From Octopus vulgaris (Eukaryota), in assembly GCA_951406725.2 (NCBI GenBank), contig OX597829.1, positions 40,362,001 to 40,426,000 on the forward strand: a DNA stretch of 64,000 nucleotides, written 5' to 3'. Position 1 is the stretch's first letter. Each line of letters starts with the position of its first letter. Both the position numbers and the translations under genes were made by a program. This document shows positions 1 through 13,340 of the stretch, in pieces. The notes below the pieces were generated by a model. The model had not been told where the DNA came from. It worked only from the letters and a program-made list of their open reading frames with translations, and ran no database searches.

Positions 1-320
1 ACCCTGTTCTATGTGACACATTCTACCAGTATCCGAAGTTTTAAAAAATTAATTAAAAGATCTGGTCGTCAAATTGAATAGATCCTTTTTTTTCCCCTTT
101 TTTTTTTTCCTTTCTTCATTCACTTACATCAGTAAGTTGGTAGGATTGATAGAGCAACAGACAAAATACATAATTTAGTCATCGACCCTTTAATTGGTTA
201 AATCAAATACTACTTTAATCTACTTTATTTTTTTATCCTTCCAGGACCTATAAGATAAAATACCTTGGCCTCACACCCATTTCATTTTCTTTCTCTCTCT
301 CTCTCTCTCACTAGATACAT

Positions 321-740
321 AGGCGTAGGAGTGGCTGTGTGGTAAGTAGCTTGCTTACCAACCACATGGTTCCGGGTTCAGTCCCATTGCGTGGCACCTT
401 GGGCAAGTGTCTTCTACTATAGCCTCGGGCCGACCAAAGCCTTGTGAGTGGATTTGGTAGACGGAAACTGAAAGAAGCCCATCGTATATATGTATATATA
501 TGTATATGTGTGTGTATGTTTGTGTGTCTGTGTTTGTCCCCCTAGCATTGCTTGAGAACCGATGCTGGTGTGTTTATGTCCCCGTAACTTAGCGGTTCGG
601 CAAAAGAGACCGATAGAATAAGTACTAGGCTTACAAAGAATAAGTCCCGGGGTCGAGTTGCTCGATTAAAGGTGGTGCTCCAGCATGGCCGCAGTCAAAT
701 GACTGAAACAAGTAAAAGAGTAAAAGAGTAAAAGAGAGAG
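321..740 (+). mobile_element. SINE family A (tRNA-like head, internal TA/TG microsatellite, (GTAAAAGA)n tail), full length
   Basis: Head GGAGTGGCTGTGTGG..GGGTTCAGTCCC (A/B-box-like), CCTTGGGCAAGT core-like motif and repeated tail; more than 20 similar copies in the window. Confidence 0.9.
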
Positions 741-904
741 ATAAGCCATGTGTGTATGTCTTCAGCAAGACACCTTCTATCATACATGTACACATATACA
801 GTCAGACAAAAAGGCAACAATACGTGTCTGCGAGTTGGCCATCAAGCCCCAGTCATTCCTTTTCTACCACCATTTCTGATAATGTGAGGTCAATTGGATT
901 TAGT

Positions 905-1333
905 CTGTTACTCTTCGCTCTTTCACTTGTTTCAGTCATTTGACTGTGGCCATGCTGGAGCACCACCTTTAGTCGAGCAAGTCGACCCCAGGACTTATTC
1001 TTTGTAAGCCTAGTACTTATTCTACCGGTCTCTTTTGCCGAACCATAAGTTACGGGTACGTAAACACACCAGCATCGGTTGTCAAGCGATGTTGGGGACA
1101 CACACACAGACACACAAACATATACATAAACATACATACATATATTTACATATATATGTACATATATGCGACGGGCTTCTTTCAGTTTCCGTCTACCAAA
1201 TCCACTCACAAGGCTTTGGTCGGCTCGAGGCTATAGTAGAAGACGCTTGCACAAGGTGCCACGTAGTGGGACTGAACCCGGAACCATGTGGTTGGTTAGC
1301 AAGCTCCTTACCACACAGCTACTCCTACGCCTA
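905..1333 (-). mobile_element. SINE family A, full length
   Basis: Reverse complement of the 321-740 copy. Confidence 0.9.
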
Positions 1334-1558
1334 GTTTGGAAATCTACCTAATTCCCCTTTGGTACCTAGGTATCCTACCTGCCATGGAAGCATCAACCTG
1401 CCACTGGCAGGCTTATGTATATTACTCTTATAACAAGCCCCCGCCACAATGAATTACCTGATACAATAGAAGAAAGTATTTTTTGTCTTTAATCTTTATT
1501 TATAATAGCATGGCGCCTAGTCCGTACCAAAAGCGAAGATATGAACAGAAGAGATGAT

Positions 1559-1952
1559 TACCTGTTTCTTTACTAACCACAAGGGGCTAAACACAAAGAG
1601 GACAAACAAGGACAGACAAACGGATTAAGTCGATTATATCGACCCCAGTGCGTAACTGATACTTATTTAATGAACCCTGGAAGGATGAAAGGCAAAGTTG
1701 ACCTCGGTGGAATTTGAACTCAGAACGTAAATACAGACGAAATACCTATTTCTTTACTACCCACAAGGACAGACAAACAGATTAAGTCGATTATATCGAC
1801 CCCAGTGCAAGACTGGTACTTATTTAATCAACCCCGAAAGGATGAAAGGCAAAGTTGACCTTGGCAGAATTTGAACTCAGAACATAACAGCAGACGAAAT
1901 ACCGCTCAGCATTTCGCCCGGCGTGCTAACGTTTCTGCCAGCTCACCGCCTT
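1559..1952 (-). mobile_element. SINE family B, tandem dimer
   Basis: Reverse complement of GGCGAGCTGGCAGAAACGTTAGCACGCCGGGCG..GAGTTCAAATTC..GCCTTTCATCCTTTCGGGGTCGAT; body repeated, junction near 1745. Confidence 0.85.
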
Positions 1953-2265
1953 AAGGAGCTGAATACCACATGCAAGCAGGACATCTAAAAAGGCAGCAGT
2001 TCTAAGTAAGAATTGCTATAAATCATAAGTGACTCCTTGTGGCTTTAATGGGCAAATTCTTTAGTGTTAGTGGTGTGATGAAATGTATCACACAGATGTT
2101 GTAAGGTGCTGGGTATGTGATGGGCATGTACAGACTATAGAATCCATACCTAAATGGAATCTATATAGTAATGCCAGATATAAAAAAAAAACAAAAAAAA
2201 AAATGAAACATGAAGGGGACATTTTAGTCCAACCAATGATAACCTTTTGTGAAAGTGGTATGATA

Positions 2266-2488
2266 AAGGTGGCGAGCTGGCAGAAACGTTGGCACGCCGG
2301 GCGAAATGCATAGCCGTATTTCGCCTGCCGCTACATTCTGAGTTCAAATTCCGCCGAGGTCGACTTTGCCTTTCATCCTTTTGGGATCAATTAAATAAGT
2401 ACCACTTACGCACTGGGGTCGATATAATCGACTCAATCCGTTTGTCTGTCTTTGTTTGTCCCCTTGTGGGTAGTAAAGAAATAGGTAT
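2266..2488 (+). mobile_element. SINE family B
   Basis: Same consensus as the 15423, 42920 and 48301 copies. Confidence 0.9.
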
Positions 2489-2529
2489 TATAAAATGCGC
2501 TCCATCTGCATTGTAAGTCATATACAACA

Positions 2530-2780
2530 GAAATTTGGTTGCATTAGAATGCAGAAGGAAAGAATCACGAGACAAATCCTTCAAGTTGAGCCAACTGGTA
2601 GAAGACCTAGGAGTAGACCAAGATCGAAATGGTTGGATAATCTCCTTTGTCTTAGTCTCAGTCACTCTTGGGAATCAAGTCGGAAAGTGTAATGGCAATT
2701 GCTTCAGGTAGGACCCTATTCAGGACTCTACCCTCCTCCAACCCTACCAGGAATATTGATCGGAAAAGGTAGATGGATGG
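2530..2780 (+). mobile_element. Decayed RTE-type LINE 3' fragment
   Basis: Translation RMQKERITRQILQVEPTGRRPRSRPRSKWLDNL resembles the RTE C-terminal RM...GxRPRGRPxxRWxD motif. Confidence 0.65.
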
Positions 2781-3731
2781 CATGGCCTAGTGGCAAAAAT
2801 CTATGGCAGATATGACAAGATGAAGGAGCACAACCAGTAGCAAGAGATGAGAATACAGTCAAAACATGCCAGGATAGAAAAATGGTAATAAAACTACTCT
2901 GATAGTGATGATGTATATTTTAAATCTTATTTATGGTCTTCTATCAGATACACTCATCGTTAATTGCTGAGGAAGCTGATTGAATCGATAGTAGCTACAT
3001 CCAATTATGTGGTTTTCTATGCTTAGTGTATCGCCAGGCAAGGCAGGGACTGTTGTAGCATATTTTAAGAGTCAATACCTTGCTGGTTTCTGTTGGAGAC
3101 TGCCAAAATAATTGTAAAATCTCTTCTTTTCCTTTTAATGCAAAGATAGATGCCTAATGAAGATAATGATTCAATTTTAATTAAGGATCCTGTGTGTTTA
3201 TCAAGTTACACCAAGATACGCTTGTGATTATGAGTGAGTGACTATAAGTGTGTGTGTGTATCCATATACACACATATATACACACACACATGGTGTGTAA
3301 CTCTACTTATAGGCATCGTTGTCATTAGATTACACATCTCGCAGCTCTAAATGATAATGAATTATATTTAGTTTCCTGACAAATTAAATTGTTCATTTAA
3401 GCATTCTGTTCATTAGCACAGCATAGCAAGACAAGGATGGGGGGGGAGTTAATTTTTTTTTTTTTCTTTTAAGGCATTATTATTTTAAGAAGCAACACCT
3501 GAACTTCAAACACTTACATAACCAACTGGCTGATTCATTCAACCGTGAAATTCTTTTGAGGGTATCTATTGCCTGCTGTGATAAGCGAAACAATAACACA
3601 TCTTCATGTCTTCATCATTCTGACCTACTCTTCTTGTATATTAGAATAGTTTCAAATGTAGGGTGAAAGAATTGAAGTAAAAATAGTGGCTGAGATGTTT
3701 TCTTTCTTTCCTTTTTTTTTTTTCGGTACAG

Positions 3732-3793
3732 AATGGTACCAAAATGGTAGAGTAGCAGCATATTCTGTTGATGGTGACCAGATTTCACTGTAA
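3732..3793 (+). CDS. Candidate alternative exon, phase 1: (E)WYQNGRVAAYSVDGDQISL*; alternatively a 58-nt exon using the GTAAGC donor at 3790
   Basis: Long pyrimidine tract then TACAG acceptor; open frame; strong donor overlapping the stop; lies in unique sequence. Confidence 0.45.
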
Positions 3794-4205
3794 GCAATGG
3801 GTTCCCAATTCTTTTCAGTAATGGAAGATAAGTTTATAACGTTTTTTATCGTTAATTGCTTCACCTGTTTCAGTCTTTGGACTGTGACCATGCTGGGGCA
3901 CTACTTTGAAGGGTTTAAGTCGAACAAATCAATCCTGGTACTTATTTTATTGGTTTCTTTTGTTGAACCATTGTTTAGGGGATGTAAACAACCCAACATT
4001 GGTTATCATACAGTGGTGCAAGTCAAATACAAAAACACAAACTTATATATATGTAAGCATATACATCTGCGTGCATGTGCACATACATGCGAGTACTGTC
4101 CAAATCTTCGACCAATCACATACAGCTAGCTGGCATTCAATTGGCGTATCAAGTTTCAGGCATTTTAATTGGGTTTTGGATAGAAAATTCACAAAAAAGT
4201 CACTT

Positions 4206-4523
4206 CTATTGATTTTTTAATGGCTTTGTTGGGTGACTGGGGAAATGTAAAGATGTGCACGACCACCCTTGGACGGTTTTGAATGACCATAGAAAGTGCG
4301 AGCCCTCTAACTGAAAAATTGTGGATTTGTACAAAGGACACACACACAGACAGACATTTTGCCGTTTATATATATAGAGATAAATGGCTTTGAGGGATGA
4401 CTGGGGAAATGTAAAGATGTGCACGACCACCCTTGGACGGTTTTGAATGACCATAGAAAGTGCGAGCCCTCTAACTGAAAAATTGCGGATTTGTATAAAG
4501 GACACACACACTGACATTTTGCC

Positions 4524-4560
<37 letters not shown>
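4206..4560 (-). mobile_element. Helitron-like 5' end, tandemly duplicated (period about 164 bp)
   Basis: Minus strand begins TCTATATATATAAACGGCAAAATGTCTGTCTGTGTG, like the termini of the other Helitrons here; two near-identical units. Confidence 0.55.
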
Positions 4561-4569
<9 letters not shown>

Positions 4570-6783
4570 CACACACACAGACTTTCAGTTTCCATCTATC
4601 AAATCCACATACAAGGCTTTCGTTGACGTGGGGCTATAGTAGAAGATACTTGCCCAAAGTGTCACGCAGTGAAACTGAACCAAAGACCACATAATTGGAA
4701 AGCAAACTTGTCAAGCAACATCTGCCCCTATTTATTAGGTTTTTTTTTTGGGGGGGTGGTTTAATACATTTCAGTCAAAGGGAAAACACTCAGGATCCCT
4801 AAACTCCCACAAGCCGTCTAAGACAAACACAGTTGATGTTTAACTGGAACATCTCTGTCAGTTTGCTTTCGTCGATCATTGCTTTTATGGTCTACTATTT
4901 TACATGAAGGCAATGGTTAGACAGGACTTCCTGATGCATATTCTACAGTGGATGCCGTTTCTGGCATCAACCAACCCTTATTTGCATACACTTTGCATAT
5001 CAAGTTCTGTTTCTCTTATTTGTATCCCTAAAGCCACATTGTGTGTGTGTGTGTGTGTGTGTTGGAAGTATTGTGTCAAGTATCATAGCAGTGTTCCATT
5101 AAGTTTGGAGCTCTGTAGTGGGTCAGAAACTGTTCAGAGCTGGAGCAATTTTCAGGCTACTAAAGAGTGTGATTAGTCTTTGAGATGTAATTTTAGTTGC
5201 CAGTGAAGAAGATCAGATATTATGAGGCCTTAGCATTTGTCATAATAACTTGGAGGGTTTGAATTGCATGCTGGTCCAGTGCAGCACTGTTCACATATTA
5301 TGAAAAGCAAATGTGCTTTGGGGGTTATTGAAAGGAACAAAATTGTCATTTCTCTATATATAACGATGTTTTCTAAAGTCCTTGTTCATGAAAGGAGAAC
5401 AGGTTCATTGTCAGACATCTTGGTCATGTGTGGATAGTGCTGACGTGAGAAAGGTATGGTTGAAATGAAGGTCATTATGATTTCCATAATGAGTGAGAAT
5501 TCTTGGAGATGGTAGCAAGAAGGTTGTTGATTTACTGTTCCTGGAGCAAGAGTGTGAGGAATATGATTTAACTATGGAGCAAATAAGTTGATAGGATCAC
5601 CTAGAGAGAGAGCCCCTTTTTGTACTTAACAGAAATGCTGAGAAGAAGCTGCTAGATTCAGAAATGAGAAAGATGAAGCCACTTTGCAAACAGTTTAGCT
5701 TTGTGACTTTCATGCTAGACATAGTCTAGCGTGAAATCCTTTGCAGCACTTGTGCGTATTTATCAGCTTTGTTTTTGTTGATGTCATTAGCAGCAATATT
5801 GTTATCTCATAATTTCTGAGAGTCAAAGAGGGCTACAAGTGGGTGACATAGGAAAGTTGACTCGAGAGATGTCATACTGGTGGTCACTAGGAGAGTGTGA
5901 GTGAGATTCGTTGTATTACCCCTGTTAACTGTTTTGCTCCAACAGCACTCTCACAAACTGGACACTTATTTATTTATTTTGCCTTGTTTCAAATATGAAT
6001 TATTTAAATTTGTTGTCGTCAAAATGAGATATAAAGCTTCATTTCCCACCATCGTTCAAGGTTACTTGTGACTCATGATCATGTCAAAATGCACCGACAT
6101 GATTCCAGTATTAACACTATGGCCCAGCCGCTGTGACAGAGTTCACGGTGACCTTTTTTCCCCAAGTTATGGGCCATAGTTTTGGCATCCAGTATGAGTT
6201 CCTGTTGTGTCAGTATATGACCTGATCAAATATTGTTAAGGGATGGCAGACCTCACCATTCTCTCAATACAGGCTTGTACAGAGATTACTTGTTTCACTC
6301 CAGGTTAGTGCTGACTGAGCAGACCTGTGACTGAAGGCATTCCGTCCATGACTATCCTTCTTTTTTGATATCCCGATGAGTTCGATACCAATGGTGCTGT
6401 GAAATACAAACTCGGCAATATGTTCAATATCATTTAATGTTATCATATCCTTATGGCAGTTTTGTAGGATGTATTATACCAGACATTGATATTGCACAAT
6501 TGTCTACCATTGGGTTCATTGAGATTTAATTCCAATAAGGGTTGCATTTATTTAGGGGTTTGTAGTTTATGGAGGTTTTATTATACACATGCACACACAC
6601 ACACATCTGTCTGTTTATCTATCTATCTTTATATATGTGTGTGTGCATGCGTGTATGCATTTATGAATATATGTGTGCATGTATGTATAAATAAGTGTGC
6701 ATGTGTGTGTATGTGAATGTGTGTTTATGCATATATATGTGTGTGTGTAAGTGTTTATATGAATATGTGTATGTATGTATGAA

Positions 6784-6824
<41 letters not shown>

Positions 6825-6877
6825 ACACACACACACACATGTATGTGTAAAAATATGTATGTATGAATATATATATG

Positions 6878-8819
6878 ATGTAAAAACCCATGTAATTTAC
6901 GCATTTTTTCGCAAAGACAAAATTAAACTTTAGTGGGTGCGTAAATTACATGAGTAGATGATTTCCAGAAATAAAAAATTTTTTTTTGGGTTTCAAAATG
7001 ATGTACAAATGTAAACACTCGTACAGAAAGTCGACTCATTTAATGTCAGAATACATTTTTACAGAAAAAATATAATGAAGCTGACTTTTATTTATCCTGG
7101 ACTGTATAATGCTCGCTTTTTCTGTATAAATTTATTAAAACCATTAAACGGTTAACTACTTTTTTGAAGTTTGACGTTCATGCAGGTAACCATTGTCCGG
7201 ACCATATTTTACAGCGCTTGAAGTTTCTACCTATCGCAATGGAACCCAGTGATTTCCTTAAATAGATCAGTTTTTCTCCGTTTATGGAGTCTGGCTTGCA
7301 CCAGGAAGCTATTTACTCACTTTTTCCGCATTACAACACAATGAAATTCCTCACCACTATCAGCTCTTACTGCATCTAACACCTACAGCGACATCATAAT
7401 TCATCCTTGTGCATGTAAACTTACTAAGTGAATATGACTTAGCATTCCTACAGAAACCTTCATTTTTCTTTATACGATGTTTAATGTTGTTTCACATTCA
7501 TGTAGAATTCTGCAGCATTCTTATGTTCTCTTCATAGAACACTTGTAATATATGTATTATCAGTTCTTTTGGTATAGTAAATTTTTGCTATTCTTGTTTA
7601 TGTCTCCTCACAGACATGTGTATATTCTAACAAGTTGCTTCTTAAATTTCCACCTCTCTTGTTCAATAAACATTGAGTTAAACTTGCAAAGCTGTTTATT
7701 TTCTCCTTCTGATTTCTAATGTTTATTTTAGCAGGTTACGAAACTATCAGTTTGGTCTCCCAGCTAAAACAGTAATGACAAATTTTTAGGTTTGCTTGAC
7801 ATTTTATAAATGAGAAAGGGATTAAAAATTTTGATACTCTGTATCAAAGGTTCCGACAAGAATAGGTAGAAAATCAGAGCTTGACAAGAAGACACTTTCG
7901 ACCAATCAGAATTCTGTTTATATAATCAGTTTGAGCAGTCACTTTCCTCTGTTGGATGAATAAAGTGTCATCCAAGCTGATGTTTATTAGTAACTAGCAG
8001 TATAGCCAGGTGTTGCTCGGGTTTGTAAGGGAAATAACTATATAAGCATTTTTAGAGATGTAAAGTATAATAGCCATCTCAATATGGCTAACCACAAAGG
8101 GGGGTTACTGTAGCTTTTTACGTTCTGAGATTTAATAATAAATTTTTAGAGAGTTACTTCCCTTATATATGCCAAAAATGCATTAAAAATGGAAAAAATT
8201 GATGGTAAATTTTTTTTTAGATCGTAGACTCATCGTAGACGCGCGCTAATACCCAGAAGTGCTCGATATGAATCACGACTATAAGATACCCGGTTTTGGT
8301 TAAACTGCACCACAAAATGTGGGAGTAGTTAGGAATCTAAATCGTAGGAGACAGACAGCACACAACCTCTCTTTTATATATAAAGATTAAACTTATTTTG
8401 CAGCACTTGTGCGCATTTATCAGCTTTGTTTTTGTTGATAAGAATTATCAACAACTGTTCCTGTGATTGGGATTTGAGAAGACATAAAGATTGGACAAAA
8501 TCTCATCTGGGCAAGAAATCTAAAATAAAGTTTATTATAAACAGCACAAACACTTCATAATTTAGTAGTTTTAAATGTGATACCTATTAAACAGAAATTA
8601 TTTTTATTTAATGAAAATTTAATAAAATCTAATCATAAGTAAGTGAAATTATGCTAAATACAACTAAACTGCAAACCTTTTCCCCTTGGCCATTTTGGCA
8701 ATTCTGAAAATCTTTGGGTGCGAATTTTACACGAGTAGAAGCTTTTTCTAATAATTTTTATACTGAAAATCACCCATGTAACTTACACGGGTGTGCAAAT
8801 TACATGTAATTTTACAGTA
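6878..8819. mobile_element. Old Tc1/pogo(Tigger)-like DNA transposon with a nested Helitron
   Basis: Imperfect terminal inverted repeats (TGTAAAAACCCATGTAATTTACGCA / GTGCAAATTACATGTAATTTTACAGTA), repeated subterminal GGGTGCG..TTACA.GAGTAG motif, flanked by TA tracts. Confidence 0.5.
7994..8386 (-). mobile_element. Non-autonomous Helitron
   Basis: Minus strand A|TCTTTATATATAAAA ... CCGAGCAACACCTGG..CTGCTAG|T; homologous to 45437-45947. Confidence 0.8.
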
Positions 8820-8880
8820 TATATATGTATGTTGAGATGATTTGGTAACATGACATCTAATAGCCTAATAGTATATCTTT

Positions 8881-8970
8881 TCTACTCCTCTGATGAGATT
8901 TTGCCCAATACAATGATTTAATTACTGAATTTTATTCTTTGGGCAAAATCGAAACAGCTGTCAGAGAATA
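8881..8970 (+). ncRNA. Type I hammerhead ribozyme motif (Penelope-like minimal form)
   Basis: CTGATGA 8890-8896; 12-bp stem II GATTTTGCCCAA/TTGGGCAAAATC; GAAAC-AGCT-GTC with predicted cleavage after 8962; imperfect stem I. Confidence 0.75.
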
Positions 8971-9346
8971 TGTTGAATTTTTGCAGTTAGTAAATTATAT
9001 TAATGCTACAACTCAATTTTCTGAGTTTATATATACATATATATATATCGCAATAAACAGAAAATATAGAAAACCTTTGATCAACAAACAACTACTGACT
9101 CTACTACATACATATATATTTATATATATATATATATACACATGTACATACATACATATATGTGTGTGTTTGTTTGTATGTTTATATATATATATATATA
9201 TATATGCATGTATGTTTATACATGTATATATGTATGTATCTTTATATATGTATAGATATGCGTGTATCTTTATGTATGTATGTTTATATGTGTGTATATA
9301 TATATGTATGCATGTTTATATGTGTGTATGTTTATATGTGTGTGTG

Positions 9347-9400
<54 letters not shown>

Positions 9401-10313
9401 GGTACAACAGTGCACCAATATTTACTGGAAATAGCAGTCAGTAATATATGATGCTATAGTAAAGCTTCACTGTACTGGAAAAGATGTATGCATGTTTATA
9501 TTTGTATGTATGTTTATATATATGTGTGTACACACACACATTATATATTTGTGTATCTGTATGTCTGTAAAATGTTATCTGAATTTTCTCCATCTCTAAA
9601 ACTATCATCATCTCCATCGCAAACAGGCAATATAATAAACAAAGCAACGAGGCAGTCTCTATGTGGTCACTTTATCTGCTAGAAATAGCATCAACTCTAA
9701 TTTACACCCAACAATCTTCAGAAAATAAAAAGAGGGCATCTAGTAATTTAATTCTAGGTATATACAATGTACCTCCACCTCCAAAAAAAAAAACAAAAAA
9801 AAACCCCTAGAAAGTAGCTGTGTTTGTGGTTGAAACCCCCTTTGATCATAGGTCATCTAGATTAGAGCTGACCTGGAGCTAAACGACGACAAAGGACACC
9901 ACATTGGATAATGTAGTCCAAGGTACTCTGTGTCTGAATGAAAGATGGAATGTTCACAGCTGGAACACCTTAGATCATAGTGCTGCTGCATTAGGACTAG
10001 CTCGGGGCTAAACTATAACACCCATTATTATCACCACTGCCACCACCACCACCACCACCACCACCACCACCACCACCGTTTTACAAACGTGGTCTCCATT
10101 ACCACCGCCACCGCCGCCGCTGCCGCCACCACCATTATAACAACCGCTGTTTCTGCTAACCACCACAAAGACCACCTCCACTACCACCACCACCACCACC
10201 GCCATCACCACCAGCTCATAGGTTAGGAATGTATTTATCTTGTCACAATTATAACTTTGGGATTTTACTTCCCAAAAGATGTCGATAATTGCTGCTTTCC
10301 ATTTTTACTTTAG

Positions 10314-10342
10314 GGAGAGAGCACTGTCTCCAACGTGTGTGA
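10314..10342 (+). CDS. Candidate phase-1 terminal exon (G)REHCLQRV* or 21-nt micro-exon (10314-10334)
   Basis: Acceptor TTGCTGCTTTCCATTTTTACTTTAG. Confidence 0.35.
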
Positions 10343-10529
10343 ATGTGATGAACACGTATGCATGCATATATGTCTGTTTCGTGTGTTGTGTGTGTGTGTA
10401 TACTGCACTGACTACACCTCTGCTACAGCAATTAATAATCAGGTGTGGCAGTAAAGACACACCTGTCTACTTTACATCTATTTATTTATTTATTAAATTC
10501 ATTTAATCTTTTCTGTTCACTACTTCTAC

Positions 10530-11710
10530 TGTCTCTCACTCTCTCTCTCTCTCCCTCTCTCTCTAATCACTCTCATGCTCATTGTCTCTTTTTCTCTCTC
10601 TGTTTCACTCTCTCTCTCTCTCTCTCTGCTTCTTACTCTGTTTCATTCTTTTTCTTTCTGTGTCTCTCTCATTCTTTCTGTTTAACCATCTGACTATTTT
10701 TCTCTTTCTCTCTCTCCCCTTCTCTCTCTCTCTTGCTCTTCTATTCTCTATGATTTTCTCAGCTTCACTCTTTGTTTTTTTTTACTATCTCTCTCCCTGT
10801 CTTATTCTCTATTTGATCCTACATCTCTCTCACTCTCTCCATCTCTCTTACGCTCTCTCTCTCTCCTTCTCTCACCCTCCGTCTCTCTCACCATCCCTCC
10901 CTCCCTCTCACTCTCCATCTCTCTCTCACTCTCTCCATCTCTCTCACACTCTCTATCTCTTTCACTCTCTCCATCTCTCCCTCTCTCTTACTCTCTTCCC
11001 CTCTCTCCCTCTGTCCATCTCTCACTATATCCCTCTCTTCATCTCTCACACTTCATCTCACTCTCTCCATATCTTATTCTTTCCCTATCTTCATCTCTCG
11101 CTCTCTTCATCTCTCACTTTCTCCATCTCTCATTTTCTCCATCTCCCTCACGTTTCCTCTCTCTCACTGTCTTCATCTCTCACTTTCTCTCACTCTCTTC
11201 TCTCTCCCTCCCTCTCTGTCTTTCTCTCATCTCTCTTCCCCTTATCTCTCTTGTTCTCTTTCCATTTCTCTCCCTCCTCATCTCTCACTCTCTCTCCCTC
11301 CCCATCTCTCGCTCTCTCTCCCTCCTCATCTCTCGCTCTCTCTCCCTCCTCATCTCTCGCTCTCTCTCCCTCCCCATCTCTCACTCTCTCTCCCTCCCCA
11401 TCTCTCACTCTCTCTCCCTCCTCATCTTTCACTCTCTCTCCCTCCTCATCTCTCGCTCTCTCTCCCTCCTCATCTCTCGCTCTCTCTCCCTCCCCATCTC
11501 TCGCTCTCTCTCCCTCCACATCTCTTGCTCTCTCTCCCTCCTCATCTCTCGCTTTCCCTCCCTCCTCATCTCTTGCTCTCTCTCCCTCCTCATCTCTCGC
11601 TCTCTCCCTCCTCATCTCTCGCTTTCCCTCCCTCCTCATCTCTCGCTCTCTCTCCCTCCTCATCTCTCGCTCTCTCTCCCTCTCCCTTTCACACTCCATT
11701 TCTCTCTCCA
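10530..11710. repeat. Polypyrimidine (CT-rich) tract with a 24-bp minisatellite CCCTCCTCATCTCTCGCTCTCTCT (11270-11690)
   Basis: Tandem units visible; accounts for the 395-aa and 173-aa spurious ORFs. Confidence 0.9.
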
Positions 11711-12017
11711 ATTGTTACACACATCCATATACACATTTCTCTATTCTTGTAAATCAAATATATTACTAACTATTCTTCACAAAAATCACTGGTTAACGAG
11801 AACTCAATTTATACAGGGATGGGTGCTCACTAATTAACTTTTGCTACAACCAGTAATAGGTAAACTTATGGCAAGCTAATTTACTCAACTACATACTGTG
11901 TTTGATTTGCTTTCACATGGAAATGCTTGCTGAACAGTCTTTATCCTCCATAATGTATAGTCTTGTCCAGTAAATGTAGTCAAACTTCCTATTTTAAATA
12001 GATTTGGATAAGTCAAG

Positions 12018-12810
12018 TCACATGGCCTCATGGTTTAGGTATCATCATCATCATCAACATCATTTAACGTCCGCTTTCCATGCTAGCATGGGTTGGACGA
12101 TTTGACTGAGGACTGGCGAACCAGATGGCTGCATCAGGCTCCAATCTGATCTGGCAGAGTTTCTATGGCTCGATGTCCTTCCTAACGCCAACCACTCCGA
12201 GAGCGTAATGGGTGCTTTTACGTGCCACCAGCACGAGGGCCAGTTTGGTGGTACTGGCAACGGCCACGCCCAAATAGTGCTTTTTACGTGCCCCCTGCAC
12301 CGGAGCCAGTCCAGCTGCACTGGCAACGACCTTGCTCGAATGTTTCACGTGCCACCAGCACAAGTGCTGGTAAGGCGACGCGGTAACGATCACGCTCGAA
12401 TGGTGTGTTTTACGTGCCATCGGCATGAAGGCCAGCTGTTGCTCTGGCAACGATCTCACTTGTATGGTACTCTTAGTGCTCCACTAGCAACAGATGCCAG
12501 TCACCGAGTTTGATTTCGACTTCGAGTATATGGCTCATAATTGCAAAGTCGTGAGTTCAATTCCTGGACTGGGCTGTATGTGTCGTGTCTTTGAGCAAGA
12601 GAACCCAGCTGGCAAAAATGAGTTGTACTTGTATTTCAAAGGGCCAGTCTTGTCCCATTCTGTGTCACATTGAATTTCTCTGAGAACTATGTTAAGGGTA
12701 CGTGTGTGTCCGTGGAGTGCTCATCCACTTGCACATTAACTTCCCGAGCAGGCTGTTCCATTGATCGAATCAGCTGGAACCCTCACTGTTGTAATCGACA
12801 GAGTGCCGGT
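12018..12810 (+). mobile_element. tRNA-headed SINE (family D-related) interrupted by family C element 12040-12525 (-)
   Basis: Head CATGGCCTCATGGTTTAGG resumes near 12527 with GTGAGTTCAATTCCTGGAC..TTGAGCAAGA; insert has a (CAT)n tail and TTTACGTGCCACC repeats. Confidence 0.7.
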
Positions 12811-13240
12811 ATAGGGATATATATACGATATAAAATGTGAAAACACATGGACTAGTGATCAGGGTGTTACACTCTTGATGATGAGATTGTAGTTTCAATT
12901 CCCAGACCAGGTGGTACATTGTGTTCTTGAGCAAAACACTTCGTCTCACGTTGCTTTGCGATCAATTTGGCACCTGGCGTATGGCACACTGTACACCTGA
13001 TCAGGCAACAATCTATTTGATGTAGGGAGTGAGCTAATGTGCGGCACATACCTTTGGTCACTTTTTAATAAATCTTTTGTGCAGGTCGTTCGGCAAGAAA
13101 TTGCAGAAACACCTTTCTCGGTCTATAATAGACTACCACCACCACCACCACCACCACCACCATCATCTTGATCATAAATAAGTGTCTGTATGTGTATATA
13201 TATATATATATCTGTAAGTGTGTATATATATGCATGTGTA

Positions 13241-13281
<41 letters not shown>

Positions 13282-13340
13282 ATAGCCGTGTGTGTATGTC
13301 TGTAATTATTACTTGACTGTTACAGTTCTTTTCATTATAG

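Noticed and set aside
853-1351. Recurrent peptides such as RASFSFRLPNPLTRLWSA and LLSVSVYQIHSQGFG
   Set aside because: SINE A translations, not a gene family
1509-1576. Candidate exon (A)WRLVRTKSEDMNRRDDYLFLY*
   Set aside because: Its end and stop come from the SINE B tail; support is weak
5200-6000. Possible decayed LINE remnants (also 20800-21500)
   Set aside because: No convincing motif recoverable by eye; needs RepeatMasker or tBLASTx
10582-11769. 395-aa plus ORF and 173-aa minus ORF (DEEGERAR repeats)
   Set aside because: Translations of a CT tract and a 24-bp minisatellite; no splice or homology support
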